Source: an uncultured Solibacteraceae bacterium | GTDB taxonomy: Bacteria > Acidobacteriota > Vicinamibacteria > Vicinamibacterales > SCN-69-37 | Length of the DNA: 51,681 bases | Assembly: GCA_964355365.1 (NCBI GenBank) | Contig: CAYHEX010000001.1 | Span: 1 to 51,681 of the forward strand | Direction: 5' to 3' | In this document: positions 33,687-42,319 of the stretch, piece by piece | How the letters are laid out: every line of letters starts with the position of its first letter | How positions within the stretch are numbered: the first letter of the stretch is position 1 | Notes under the pieces: generated by a model | Told to the model about the DNA's origin: nothing | Seen by the model: the letters and a program-made list of their open reading frames with translations, nothing else | Database searches by the model: none | Made by a program: the position numbers and the translations under genes

Positions 33687-34496
33687 ATGCAAATCGCCCC
33701 ACTCGCCGCCCATCAGCAAGACCGCGTCATTGCCAGTCTTCCCTTTGTGGAGTCGCTGGCACGCCGCATGGCGTCGACGATGCCCCACTCGATCAGTTTG
33801 GGGGACCTGGTTCAGGACGGCGTGCTGGGCCTCATGGACGCGGCGCACCGGTTCGATGAAGGCCGCGGCATCAAGTTCGAGACATTCGCAGAGCGTCGCG
33901 TGCGCGGCGCCATGATCGATGCGCTGCGTCGGGACGCGTGGCCGCGTGGCGTCCGTCGCGTGCGCCGCGAACTCGAGGCGGCTCGCGAGCAACTGCGACG
34001 CGAACTGGGTGCGGAGCCCACGCTGGCCGACCTGGCCGCGCGCGTCGGCACGGACCCGGCTCGTCTCGAGCGCACCATCGTGCGCATCAACACGATCGAG
34101 TCCACATCGGCCCTCGCAAATCTCGACACGATCGACGCGGCCACTCTCCCGGCTGTGCTCGTTCCGAGCGAGCCGATGGCGCCGGACGTCAGCTATCAGC
34201 AGGTCGAGGTGCGCGAGAAGATCCGCGCGGCCATGCGCGCCATTCCTTCCCGCGAGCGCAAGATCATCTCGATGTACTACTTCAACGACGCCACCATGAA
34301 GGAGATTGGCGACGCGATCGGGGTGAATGAGTCTCGCGTGTCGCAGTTGCACGCGCGGGCGATCGGCCGTCTGAAGATTGCGCTCGGCGTGTCCGTTGAC
34401 GCGTTCCTTACGCCCGCGCCCGAGAAGAAATCGAAGGCGGCAAAGCCGGCTACCCGACTGTCTCTCGTGCGACGCGGACGAGATCTCGCAGCCTGA
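33687..34496 (+). CDS. FliA/WhiG-type (sigma-28 group) RNA polymerase sigma factor
   Basis: Start chosen at ATG 33687 (good SD; the upstream track start would swallow the promoter). Region 2 LGDLVQDGVLGLMDAAHRFDEGRGIKFETFAERRVRGAMIDALR. Region 4 RERKIISMYYFNDATMKEIGDAIGVNESRVSQLHARAIGRLK. Confidence 0.85.
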   Translation: MQIAPLAAHQQDRVIASLPFVESLARRMASTMPHSISLGDLVQDGVLGLMDAAHRFDEGRGIKFETFAERRVRGAMIDALRRDAWPRGVRRVRRELEAAREQLRRELGAEPTLADLAARVGTDPARLERTIVRINTIESTSALANLDTIDAATLPAVLVPSEPMAPDVSYQQVEVREKIRAAMRAIPSRERKIISMYYFNDATMKEIGDAIGVNESRVSQLHARAIGRLKIALGVSVDAFLTPAPEKKSKAAKPATRLSLVRRGRDLAA

Positions 34497-35991
34497 ACGG
34501 TTTTGCCAGCCAGCGGCAGCCGGATTCCTCGAGGAATCGCTCCGCGTCCGTTCCCGCCACGTCTCCCGTCACAAACACCATGCGCTTGCTCAGCGCCGTG
34601 TGTGTGACGGCGAGTTGTCTGTAGAGAGACGGACCGTCGAGTCTGGGCATCTTCAGATCGCAGATCACCAGGTCGTACGTCTGACGCGCGATCCAGGCGA
34701 GGGCTTCCTCGCCGTTTGCGGCGCGATCCACCACAAATCCGGCGTCACCGAGCGCGTCGGCGACGGCCTGGCCGAGCGCCGCTTCATCTTCGACCACCAG
34801 TGCGCGAGTTCCTGTCGGCACTTCGGGCGCCGGGCGTACTGCGGCCGGCACGCTCATCCGCAGCGGTGACCCACCGACCGGCAACTCCAGCGTGAAGGAC
34901 GCACCGCGTCCACCGCTCGACGCGACGCTCAAACTGCCGCCGTGCTCCTGGGCGATTGCATACGCGACGGTGAGGCCCAACCCGGTACCTTTTCCAACTT
35001 CCTTGGTTGTAAAAAACGGGTCGAAGATCTTCGCCTGCACATCCGGCGGCACGCCGGGGCCGTCGTCGCTGACCTCCAGCTTGACGGCATCATGCTCGGC
35101 GTCGTGCCACGATCGCAGGATCAGCGTGCCGCGACCGTGGGCGCCCAGCATGGCCTGTTCGGCGTTGATGATCAGGTTGAGCAGCACCTGTTGAATCTGA
35201 TGCGGATCGGCAAACACCAGTGGCAGACCGGACGCCAGCGCTTCAAGAATCACGACGTTGGCCACGCGTTGTTCGTACGCGCGCAGCGCGAGCGTGTCAC
35301 GGACCACGTGGTTGAGGTCCACCATTGTGCGCGTGGTGTGCCGTTTGCGCGCGAAGGTCTGGAGGTTTCGGACGATGCGCGCCGCGCGTTCAGCGGCGTT
35401 GTGGATGGCGTCCAGATCGCGTCGCGTCGTGTCGTCGAGCGGTTTGCCCGTCAGCCGTTCGGCGCAGGCGAGTACGGTTGCGAGCGGGTTATTCAGTTCG
35501 TGCGCGACGCCGCTCATGGTCTGACCGAGCGACGCGAGCTTCTCGGCCTGCAACAGTTGGTGATAGAGATCGCGCGCCTGGTCCTCGAGCTTCTTCCGCT
35601 CCGTGACGTCGCGCATCACGGCTTCAACTCGCAGCGCGGTGTCTGACGGGATCACCTCGGCGCGCGCCGTCACTTCGACCCACATCGCGGATCGGTCAGC
35701 TCGACGGAGGCGAAGCAGGTAGTCTCTGGCGTTGCCATCGCGCGTCAACTGCTGAACGAACGATGCCCGCGCCTGCTCGTCCACGAAGTGGGCCGGATCG
35801 AACGGTCGCACGTCCTCGAACGGCACGTCATCGGCCCAGCCAAACATCAAACGCAGATGCGGATTGGCGGCCAGGGTGGTGGTGGGGACGGACGCGTCGC
35901 TGATCAGACCGATGTACACGCCTTCATGAACGGCTTCGAACAGCCGCGCGAACGCGTCGCTCGGCAGTGAGGCGTTTCGCGCAGGCGCCAC
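34450..35991 (-). CDS. Cytoplasmic hybrid sensor histidine kinase (PAS + HisKA + HATPase_c + REC)
   Basis: 513 aa, GTG start 9 nt after the upstream stop, no TM segment. H-box GVAHELNNPLATV. N/G boxes LLNLIINAEQA, DDGPGV, GTGLGL. C-terminal REC ALVVEDE...LVICDLKMPRLDG...KPF. Confidence 0.9.
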   Translation of the reverse strand: MAPARNASLPSDAFARLFEAVHEGVYIGLISDASVPTTTLAANPHLRLMFGWADDVPFEDVRPFDPAHFVDEQARASFVQQLTRDGNARDYLLRLRRADRSAMWVEVTARAEVIPSDTALRVEAVMRDVTERKKLEDQARDLYHQLLQAEKLASLGQTMSGVAHELNNPLATVLACAERLTGKPLDDTTRRDLDAIHNAAERAARIVRNLQTFARKRHTTRTMVDLNHVVRDTLALRAYEQRVANVVILEALASGLPLVFADPHQIQQVLLNLIINAEQAMLGAHGRGTLILRSWHDAEHDAVKLEVSDDGPGVPPDVQAKIFDPFFTTKEVGKGTGLGLTVAYAIAQEHGGSLSVASSGGRGASFTLELPVGGSPLRMSVPAAVRPAPEVPTGTRALVVEDEAALGQAVADALGDAGFVVDRAANGEEALAWIARQTYDLVICDLKMPRLDGPSLYRQLAVTHTALSKRMVFVTGDVAGTDAERFLEESGCRWLAKPFRLRDLVRVARETVG

Positions 35992-36000
35992 TGTGGCTTT

Positions 36001-36549
36001 CTAGTCCTGCGATCCGCCGCTGCGTGGCGCAGGCGGTGTGGGCGTGTGCCCTTCGTACAGATTCGCGTACTTCTTCTCGATCACCTGCCGGATCTGGGCC
36101 ACGCTGGCCCCCGCGTTGTGCATCTGCATGGTTTCGGTCGCCACGTCGAGACAGATCTCACAGCCGATCCCATGATTGTCCCAGGTCACCGATGTGCCGC
36201 GACGACCCGCGATGAAACACGACTCGTTGCTCGTATGACCACCTCGTTCACAACCGCAGAAGCAGGGCATGTAACTGATGACTTCCGGGTGTCTGGCGGC
36301 GAATTCGTATGCGGCCTTGACGACGGACATCGGTCGCGGCGCTGACGGCGCGCCGGCCGGCAGGAGCGGAAGATCGTCGGCGATGAACAGGGGGTTCTCG
36401 CGTCCGGTGCCGGGCGTCGCCCGAGTGGCCGACATGGTGGCGCCCGGTGCGGTCGCGTCTGGCGGCGTCGCGTTCTTTGAACACGAGGCCACCGTCAGCA
36501 CGGCAAGGATCGCCAAACACAGTCGTGAGCGCATGCGAAATCTTAGCAT
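36001..36549 (-). CDS. PCYCGC-motif lipoprotein (putative metal-binding)
   Basis: Internal ATG (36549, or 36534) gives MLRFRMRSRLCLAILAVLTVASC (lipobox VASC). Contains MPCFCGCERGGH plus a later GCEIC. The longer track ORF (to 36705) would overlap the divergent SDR gene. Confidence 0.72.
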   Translation of the reverse strand: MLRFRMRSRLCLAILAVLTVASCSKNATPPDATAPGATMSATRATPGTGRENPLFIADDLPLLPAGAPSAPRPMSVVKAAYEFAARHPEVISYMPCFCGCERGGHTSNESCFIAGRRGTSVTWDNHGIGCEICLDVATETMQMHNAGASVAQIRQVIEKKYANLYEGHTPTPPAPRSGGSQD

Positions 36550-36570
36550 CTGGCGATACACTGAAAGTTC

Positions 36571-37368
36571 ATGTTCACAGCGGATTTGCTTGCCGGACAG
36601 ACGGCCATCATCACGGGAGGCGGCACCGGGCTCGGGTTGGCGATGGCTCAGCGCTTTGCGTCGCTCGGCGCGAATGTCGTGCTTGCGAGTAGCACGCAGG
36701 CGCATCTCGATGACGGCGCGGCGGCGATCGTGGCGAATGTTCCGGATGCCGGCGTGCTGACGGTGGCGACGGACGTCCGCAGACCTGAGGACGTGGATCG
36801 CATGGTCGCCGCCGCGGTCTCGCGGTTTGGCCGGGTGGATATCCTGATCAACAACGCGGCCGGGAATTTTGTGTGCAAGGCTGAGGACTTGTCACCGAAC
36901 GGTTGGAGTTCGGTGATCAACATCGTGCTCAACGGCAGCTTCTATTGCTCGCGTGCCGTCGGGCGGCACATGATCGCGTCCGGGCACGGTGGGTCGATCG
37001 TGTCCATTTTAGCCAACTACGTGTGGACCGGCAGTGCGGGCACGATTCATTCAGCGGCCGCGAAGGCCGGGGTGATGTCGATGACGCAAACGCTGGCGGT
37101 GGAGTGGGCGCGCCACAAGATCCGGGTCAACGCCGTTGCGCCCGGTCCAATTGAATCTCCAGGGGCGGCGAAACAGCTTTGGGCATCGGAGGCCGATGTG
37201 GCGCGTATTACAGACATGGTGCCGTTGAAACGGTGGGGACAGCCGAGCGAAGTGGCTGACGCGGTCACGTTTCTCGTGTCGCCGCTGTCTGCGTACATCA
37301 CCGGCGATGTGCTGACGGTTGACGGCGCCGCATGGCTTGGGCGCGGCACATTCGGGTTCGTGTCGTAA
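36571..37368 (+). CDS. SDR-family oxidoreductase (2,4-dienoyl-CoA reductase-like)
   Basis: 265 aa. ITGGGTGLG, NNAAGNF, active-site region HSAAAKAGV and RVNAVAPGPI. Confidence 0.85.
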   Translation: MFTADLLAGQTAIITGGGTGLGLAMAQRFASLGANVVLASSTQAHLDDGAAAIVANVPDAGVLTVATDVRRPEDVDRMVAAAVSRFGRVDILINNAAGNFVCKAEDLSPNGWSSVINIVLNGSFYCSRAVGRHMIASGHGGSIVSILANYVWTGSAGTIHSAAAKAGVMSMTQTLAVEWARHKIRVNAVAPGPIESPGAAKQLWASEADVARITDMVPLKRWGQPSEVADAVTFLVSPLSAYITGDVLTVDGAAWLGRGTFGFVS

Positions 37369-38333
37369 TGGCGATCTTTCGTCTTCCTCCCATCGCGGAA
37401 ATCGACGGCGCGGCTTCGGGCTGGGGTTTCTTTCTCTGTGCACAAAAGGACCTGCGTCCGACAAAGAACGGCGGCAGTTACCTGTCGCTGATGCTGCAGG
37501 ATGCCACCGGAGAAATTGCCGGGAAGGTGTTCGACGGCGCCGAGTCGCTCAACGGCCAGTTCAACAAGGGCGATTTCGTCAAGGTTCAGGCGCGCGGCAA
37601 TGTCTTCAAAGGTCAGACGGAACTCGTGGTCGAGAATCTTCGCCGGGTGAATCCGGCCAAGGATGCCGCGGACGGGTTTCGCGAGGAAGACTGCATTCGC
37701 AGTTCGCCACGTCCACTGGCCGAGATGTGGCAGGAACTGCACGACCGTGTCGCGGAGGTGCAGCGTCCGGAATTGCGTGCGCTCCTCGAGCGGATCATCG
37801 CGAAGCACGGCGATCGTCTGCGGATCTGGCCCGCAGCCGTCACGGTACATCACGCCTATCGCGGTGGACTCCTGGAGCACCTGCTCAAGATCATGGAAGT
37901 CGGCACATTTCTGGCCGGCGCTTACGGCGTCGATCGCGACATGATCATCGCCGGCGCGGTCCTGCACGATCTGGGCAAGACCGAAGAACTGACGTACGAA
38001 GGCGCGACCGGCTACTCTGTTGCGGGTAACCTCATCGGCCACATCGCGATCGGTCTGGGGATGTTGCGCGATGCGATTCGCGAAGATCCGTCATTTCCGG
38101 ACGACCTTCGCATGGCGCTCGAGCACATCGTGCTCTCGCACCATGGCGCCCGCGAGAACGGCTCTCCGGTGTTGCCGCTGACGCTCGAGGCCTTCATCTT
38201 CGCGACCGCTGATGATCTGGACGCGAAGATGTTTCAGTTCCGGAAGCACATTGCCGATGACGACGGCGATGGGGCGTTCACGCAGTACAGCAAGCGGCTC
38301 GACCGCATGTTGTTCAAGCCACCGCCGGCGTAA
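37368..38333 (+). CDS. OB-fold + HD-domain phosphohydrolase (YhaM-like 3'-5' exoribonuclease family)
   Basis: ATG 37368 overlaps the SDR TAA (TAATG). OB fold GSYLSLMLQDATGEIAGKVFD. HD domain HHAYRGGLLEH and GAVLHDLGK. Confidence 0.8.
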   Translation: MAIFRLPPIAEIDGAASGWGFFLCAQKDLRPTKNGGSYLSLMLQDATGEIAGKVFDGAESLNGQFNKGDFVKVQARGNVFKGQTELVVENLRRVNPAKDAADGFREEDCIRSSPRPLAEMWQELHDRVAEVQRPELRALLERIIAKHGDRLRIWPAAVTVHHAYRGGLLEHLLKIMEVGTFLAGAYGVDRDMIIAGAVLHDLGKTEELTYEGATGYSVAGNLIGHIAIGLGMLRDAIREDPSFPDDLRMALEHIVLSHHGARENGSPVLPLTLEAFIFATADDLDAKMFQFRKHIADDDGDGAFTQYSKRLDRMLFKPPPA

Positions 38334-38341
38334 CAGCGCGC

Positions 38342-39253
38342 GTGACGTCCGAACATCACACCCGTCGCGCGTGGCTCGCCTGGCTGGCGATTTGCGTCAT
38401 CTGGGGCACAACCTACCTGGCCATCAAGGTGGCGCTCGTCACCATTCCGCCGTTGCTGCTTGGCGGGTTCCGCTATCTGCTGGCGGCCGCGATCATGATT
38501 GCCGGCCTGAAGGTGCAACGGCATCGATTGCCGCCCATGTCCGCGTGGCCGACGCAGGCGGTGCTGGGCTTCTTCATGCTCGCGCTTGGCAACGGCGGTG
38601 TGGTGACCGGCGAGGGCTACCTGAGCAGCGGATTGACCGCCGTGCTGGTGGCGACGAGTCCGTTCTGGATGGTGGGCATCGATGCCCTGTTTCCTGGCGG
38701 CGGGCGCTTGCATCCGCGTCAACTCCTGGGAATGTGCGTCGGATTTCTTGGCATCATCCTTCTGGTCTGGCCCGACCTGTCTCTGGGTGGTGCGAGAGGG
38801 CGCGATGTACTGCTGGGCGTCATTGCCGTGCAGGTGGCCTGTATCGGCTGGTCGATTGCCTCCTCGTACACGAAGCGCCACGTAATGTCGGGCGACGTGC
38901 TGGGCGCGGCCACATTGCAGATGCTCTTTGGCGGACTCTTCATGACGCTCGGCGGCAGCGTGCGCGGCGAATGGGCGCACCTGTCGTTTACGACATCGAC
39001 CACTCTGGCGTTGTGCTATCTGACCCTGCTGGGGTCGGTCGTCGCGTTTGTCGCGTATTCCTACGCGCTGAAGCATTTATCGATCGCGGTCGTGTCGCTC
39101 TACACCTACGTGAATCCTGTGATCGCCGTCGCGCTCGGCATTCTCCTGCTGCATGAGCCGTTCGACCTGCGTCAACTTGCCGCCGCCGCCGTGATTGCCG
39201 TCGGCATGCTGATCGTTCGCCCCGGCAAGGCGCCTGAGGGGGAAGTGTCGTGA
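38342..39253 (+). CDS. EamA/DMT-family transporter
   Basis: 303 aa, ten predicted TMs in two EamA-like halves (VIWGTTYLAIKVAL...; ...SLYTYVNPVIAVALG). Confidence 0.85.
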   Translation: MTSEHHTRRAWLAWLAICVIWGTTYLAIKVALVTIPPLLLGGFRYLLAAAIMIAGLKVQRHRLPPMSAWPTQAVLGFFMLALGNGGVVTGEGYLSSGLTAVLVATSPFWMVGIDALFPGGGRLHPRQLLGMCVGFLGIILLVWPDLSLGGARGRDVLLGVIAVQVACIGWSIASSYTKRHVMSGDVLGAATLQMLFGGLFMTLGGSVRGEWAHLSFTTSTTLALCYLTLLGSVVAFVAYSYALKHLSIAVVSLYTYVNPVIAVALGILLLHEPFDLRQLAAAAVIAVGMLIVRPGKAPEGEVS

Positions 39254-39870
39254 CGGCGCCCGCCAGCCTGGCGCTGCTGTTTGTGTTGTTGCCGACCGTG
39301 GCCCATGCCCAAGTGCCCGTCCGCAGAACGTTTTCCCTGCTGGCTGGTGCGGCGACGGGGCTGGTGGTGCATGAATCTGGTCATGTGATGACCAGTGCGC
39401 TGTTTGGTGCGCAGCCGGGTACCAAGCCGATTCGTTACGCGGGCATTCCGTTCTTTGCCGTCACGCACGAACCGGTGACGCGCCGGAAGGAGTTCGTGGT
39501 GTCGTCCGCCGGGTTCTGGATGCAGCACGCCGGATCGGAGTGGTTGCTGTCGGTGCGCCCCAAGTTGCGCCGGGAGTCGGCGCCGTTTCTCAAAGGTGTG
39601 CTGGTGTTCAACATCGCGACATCGGCGATGTATGCGGGCGCAGCGATTGGAGGCCTGGGGCCGCCGGAACGGGACCCGCTCGGCATGGCCAATTCGCTGG
39701 GAAGAAAAGGGTGGCCCGAACCAGCTGTCGGCGCGCTCATTCTGGCGCCGGCGCTGCTTGATGGGTATCGCTATCTGAAGCCCGACCAGAAATGGGCGGC
39801 GTGGACATCGCGCGGCCTGAAGGCCGCGTTCGTGGCGCTAACTCTCTTCGCCGGCCGGCCGCTCCCCTAA
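39250..39870 (+). CDS. Hypothetical membrane protein with HExxH motif (putative small zinc metalloprotease)
   Basis: 206 aa. GTGA overlap with the EamA gene. Signal peptide MTAPASLALLFVLLPTVAHA. GLVVHESGHVM at a TM boundary. Several further hydrophobic segments. Confidence 0.5.
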   Translation: MTAPASLALLFVLLPTVAHAQVPVRRTFSLLAGAATGLVVHESGHVMTSALFGAQPGTKPIRYAGIPFFAVTHEPVTRRKEFVVSSAGFWMQHAGSEWLLSVRPKLRRESAPFLKGVLVFNIATSAMYAGAAIGGLGPPERDPLGMANSLGRKGWPEPAVGALILAPALLDGYRYLKPDQKWAAWTSRGLKAAFVALTLFAGRPLP

Positions 39871-40347
39871 CGCGAACGTCATCGTCCCGTGGCAGACGAC
39901 CTTGCCATTTACCCGTGCGCGGCCGCTCAGCACGCCCATGCGGCTGCGCAGCCGCCGCACAATGGCTTCAATCTCGACGACATCGCCGGGGTGTACGGGC
40001 CGGTGAAAGCGCACACGCTCGATGCCCATGAAGTAGATGAGCTTCTCGCGATTCTCCGGCTTCGACAGGATCAGGATCGCGCCCACTTGCGCGACCGCCT
40101 CGGTGAGAATGGTCGGCGGCAGCGACGGCGGCTCGCCAGCGGTGCGTGCCAGGAACCGCTCATTCAACGAGATATTCTTGATTCCCACGATGCGCTTGTC
40201 GGGTTCGAGTTCGGTCACGCGATCGACAAGGAGGAACGGATATCGGTGGGGCAAAATCCGTTCGATGGCTGTGTAGTCCAGCGGCAAGGTCAGCACGCTC
40301 CAAGTATAGTTAAAGGTAATGAGTGAACGGGACATTCTCCTGACCAT
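39838..40347 (-). CDS. fabZ: 3-hydroxyacyl-[ACP] dehydratase FabZ
   Basis: LPHRYPFLLVDRV, ...MGIERVRFHRPVHPGD... hot-dog fold. Start uncertain: 40347, 40335, or GTG 40296, which gives the usual N-terminal length. Confidence 0.88.
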   Translation of the reverse strand: MVRRMSRSLITFNYTWSVLTLPLDYTAIERILPHRYPFLLVDRVTELEPDKRIVGIKNISLNERFLARTAGEPPSLPPTILTEAVAQVGAILILSKPENREKLIYFMGIERVRFHRPVHPGDVVEIEAIVRRLRSRMGVLSGRARVNGKVVCHGTMTFALGERPAGEES

Positions 40348-42052
40348 GTTCGATTTGGGGCGTCAGGTGACCGCGGTGCTGGACGTCAACGAGCTGCTGC
40401 AGAAGACCCCAGAACTGATCCGCCGGTTGATTCCGTTTGACGCGTTCGCGGTCTATCTGCTGGATGCCAAACGTAACGAACTGTCCATTGCCTACGCCGT
40501 TGGGTATCCCGACGACCGGTCCTTCCGTGTACGTGTCTCTGAAGGCATCGTGGGGCGGGTCGTGGAATCCCAGCAGGGTCTGGTGATCGGCGACGTCTCG
40601 GCGGATCCGCACTACATTGCGGTCGTGCCGGGCATGGCATCGACGCTGGCCGTGCCGCTCATCCACAAGAAGAAGTCTCTCGGTGCGCTGAATGTTCTGA
40701 GCCGGACGCAGGATCAGTACACCGATCAGGACGCCGCCATTCTCCGTCAGTTCGCCGCGCACGTGGCTGTGGCGCTGGCGAATGCGCGGTTGTTCGAACG
40801 TGAACGGGCGGACGCGGATGCGTTCGAAATGCTCGCCGAGATCGGCAAGGAAGTGGCCGCGGTTCTGGATCTCGACCAACTGTTGTCGAACATCGCGCAG
40901 CTCACACGGCGCGTGGTGGACTACCGCACGTTTGGCATCCTGCTCTACGACGAACCACGACAGGAACTTGAAATGAAGGTCGCCGTGCAATACGGCGAGA
41001 AATTCGAAATTCCCACCGTCCGGCTGGGTGAAGGCATCGTGGGCTACGCGGCGTTGCATCGGGAAGCTGTGCTCGTGCCGGACGTCTCGAAGGATCCGCG
41101 CTACATCAAGGCCGTGGATGACGTGCGGTCTGAGCTGGCCGTGCCGATGTTGCTGAAAGATCGCTGCATCGGCGTGTTCGATTTGGAGAGTCCGGAACTC
41201 GACGCCTTCTCAAAGCGCGACGTGGAAATTCTCACGCTGCTCGCCAGTCAGGCGGCGGTGGCCATCGAGAATGCGCGACTCTACGAAGCCGTGTCGGCGT
41301 CGGAAGCGCGCATGGAGAAGGAACTGCACTTCGCCAAACGCGTGCAGGCCGCCTTGCTGCCGGCGCAACTGCCCAAGAAGCTCAAGGGCGTCGACATCTC
41401 GGCGTCGTTTGCGTCGGCGCGCGAACTGGGTGGTGACTTCTACGACTTCCTCGTGCCTGATTCCAACACGTTGATCGTGGCGCTCGGCGACGTGTCGGGC
41501 AAAGGCGTGCCCGCCGCGCTGTACAGCGTATTTGCCGGCGAGTTGGTGCGCGGCCGCACGTTCCGCCGCCGCTTCATGCCGGAACAGTCCACGCCGAAAG
41601 CCGTACTCGAATCGATCAACTCGATCCTGCACGAGCGGCAGCTCGAGGAGTACTACTGCACGTTGTGTTATGTGGTGTTTGATCTGAAGCGTCGGACCGT
41701 GACGCTGTCGAACTCCGGCGTGCCGTACCCGATTCGTGCCACGGCCGACGGCGTGGCGCAGATCGAGTCACCCGGCGTTCCGCTCGGGTCGTTCTACGGG
41801 ACAACCTATGACGAAATCGTGCTTCCTCTTGGGCACGACGAGGTGTTTGTGTTCTGTTCGGACGGGGCGTCGGAAGCCATGAACATGAAGAGCGAGGAAT
41901 TTACGAGCCCGGGCATCATCAAGGTCGTGGAGGCCTCGCGATCGCTGCCCGCGCGGGAAATCATGCACAACATCATCAATGCCGTCGAGGATCATCGCGC
42001 CGGCGCCCCGCCCAACGACGACATGACGGTGGTTGTTGTGCGATTCAGTTAG
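40319..42052 (+). CDS. GAF-GAF-PP2C (SpoIIE/RsbU-type) protein phosphatase
   Basis: 577 aa. Two GAF domains (...VGYPDDRSFRVRVSEGIVGRV...; ...GEGIVGYAALHRE...). SpoIIE domain ARELGGDFYDF, ALGDVSGKGVPAAL and PNDDMTVVVV. Confidence 0.88.
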   Translation: MSERDILLTMFDLGRQVTAVLDVNELLQKTPELIRRLIPFDAFAVYLLDAKRNELSIAYAVGYPDDRSFRVRVSEGIVGRVVESQQGLVIGDVSADPHYIAVVPGMASTLAVPLIHKKKSLGALNVLSRTQDQYTDQDAAILRQFAAHVAVALANARLFERERADADAFEMLAEIGKEVAAVLDLDQLLSNIAQLTRRVVDYRTFGILLYDEPRQELEMKVAVQYGEKFEIPTVRLGEGIVGYAALHREAVLVPDVSKDPRYIKAVDDVRSELAVPMLLKDRCIGVFDLESPELDAFSKRDVEILTLLASQAAVAIENARLYEAVSASEARMEKELHFAKRVQAALLPAQLPKKLKGVDISASFASARELGGDFYDFLVPDSNTLIVALGDVSGKGVPAALYSVFAGELVRGRTFRRRFMPEQSTPKAVLESINSILHERQLEEYYCTLCYVVFDLKRRTVTLSNSGVPYPIRATADGVAQIESPGVPLGSFYGTTYDEIVLPLGHDEVFVFCSDGASEAMNMKSEEFTSPGIIKVVEASRSLPAREIMHNIINAVEDHRAGAPPNDDMTVVVVRFS

Positions 42053-42319
42053 GCACACACAACAGGTGCGGGCGAGTGCGATCCGGTGCGCGCGGGTGCG
42101 AAAGCGGAAAGAACCGCTCGGACGACCTGGAGCGGACGGGATGCGGCGATGCCAGCGCCTGCCTGTCGGTTGTTGACGCACCCCGCTTGCCGAGCGGTTC
42201 CGCTATCTTCGTAATCAAGACGCGTGCCGTCCTTCGGAGGCCGAAGGGGTCCTCGCGCTCGGGAATTGTGGACGTTTGGGAGGACGCGTGTCTCCGGGGC
42301 AAGACAGCCCGGTGTCTGG

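Noticed and set aside
33687-34496. FliA-type sigma as evidence for a flagellar/chemotaxis locus
   Set aside because: No flg/flh/fli/mot/che genes are present in the window. The family assignment stands, but a flagellar role cannot be assumed.
36550-36705. Long version (234 aa) of the PCYCGC lipoprotein ORF starting at 36705
   Set aside because: The extra 52 residues are Arg-rich and non-signal-like, and they would overlap the divergent SDR gene start. The internal Met gives a proper lipoprotein signal peptide with a lipobox.
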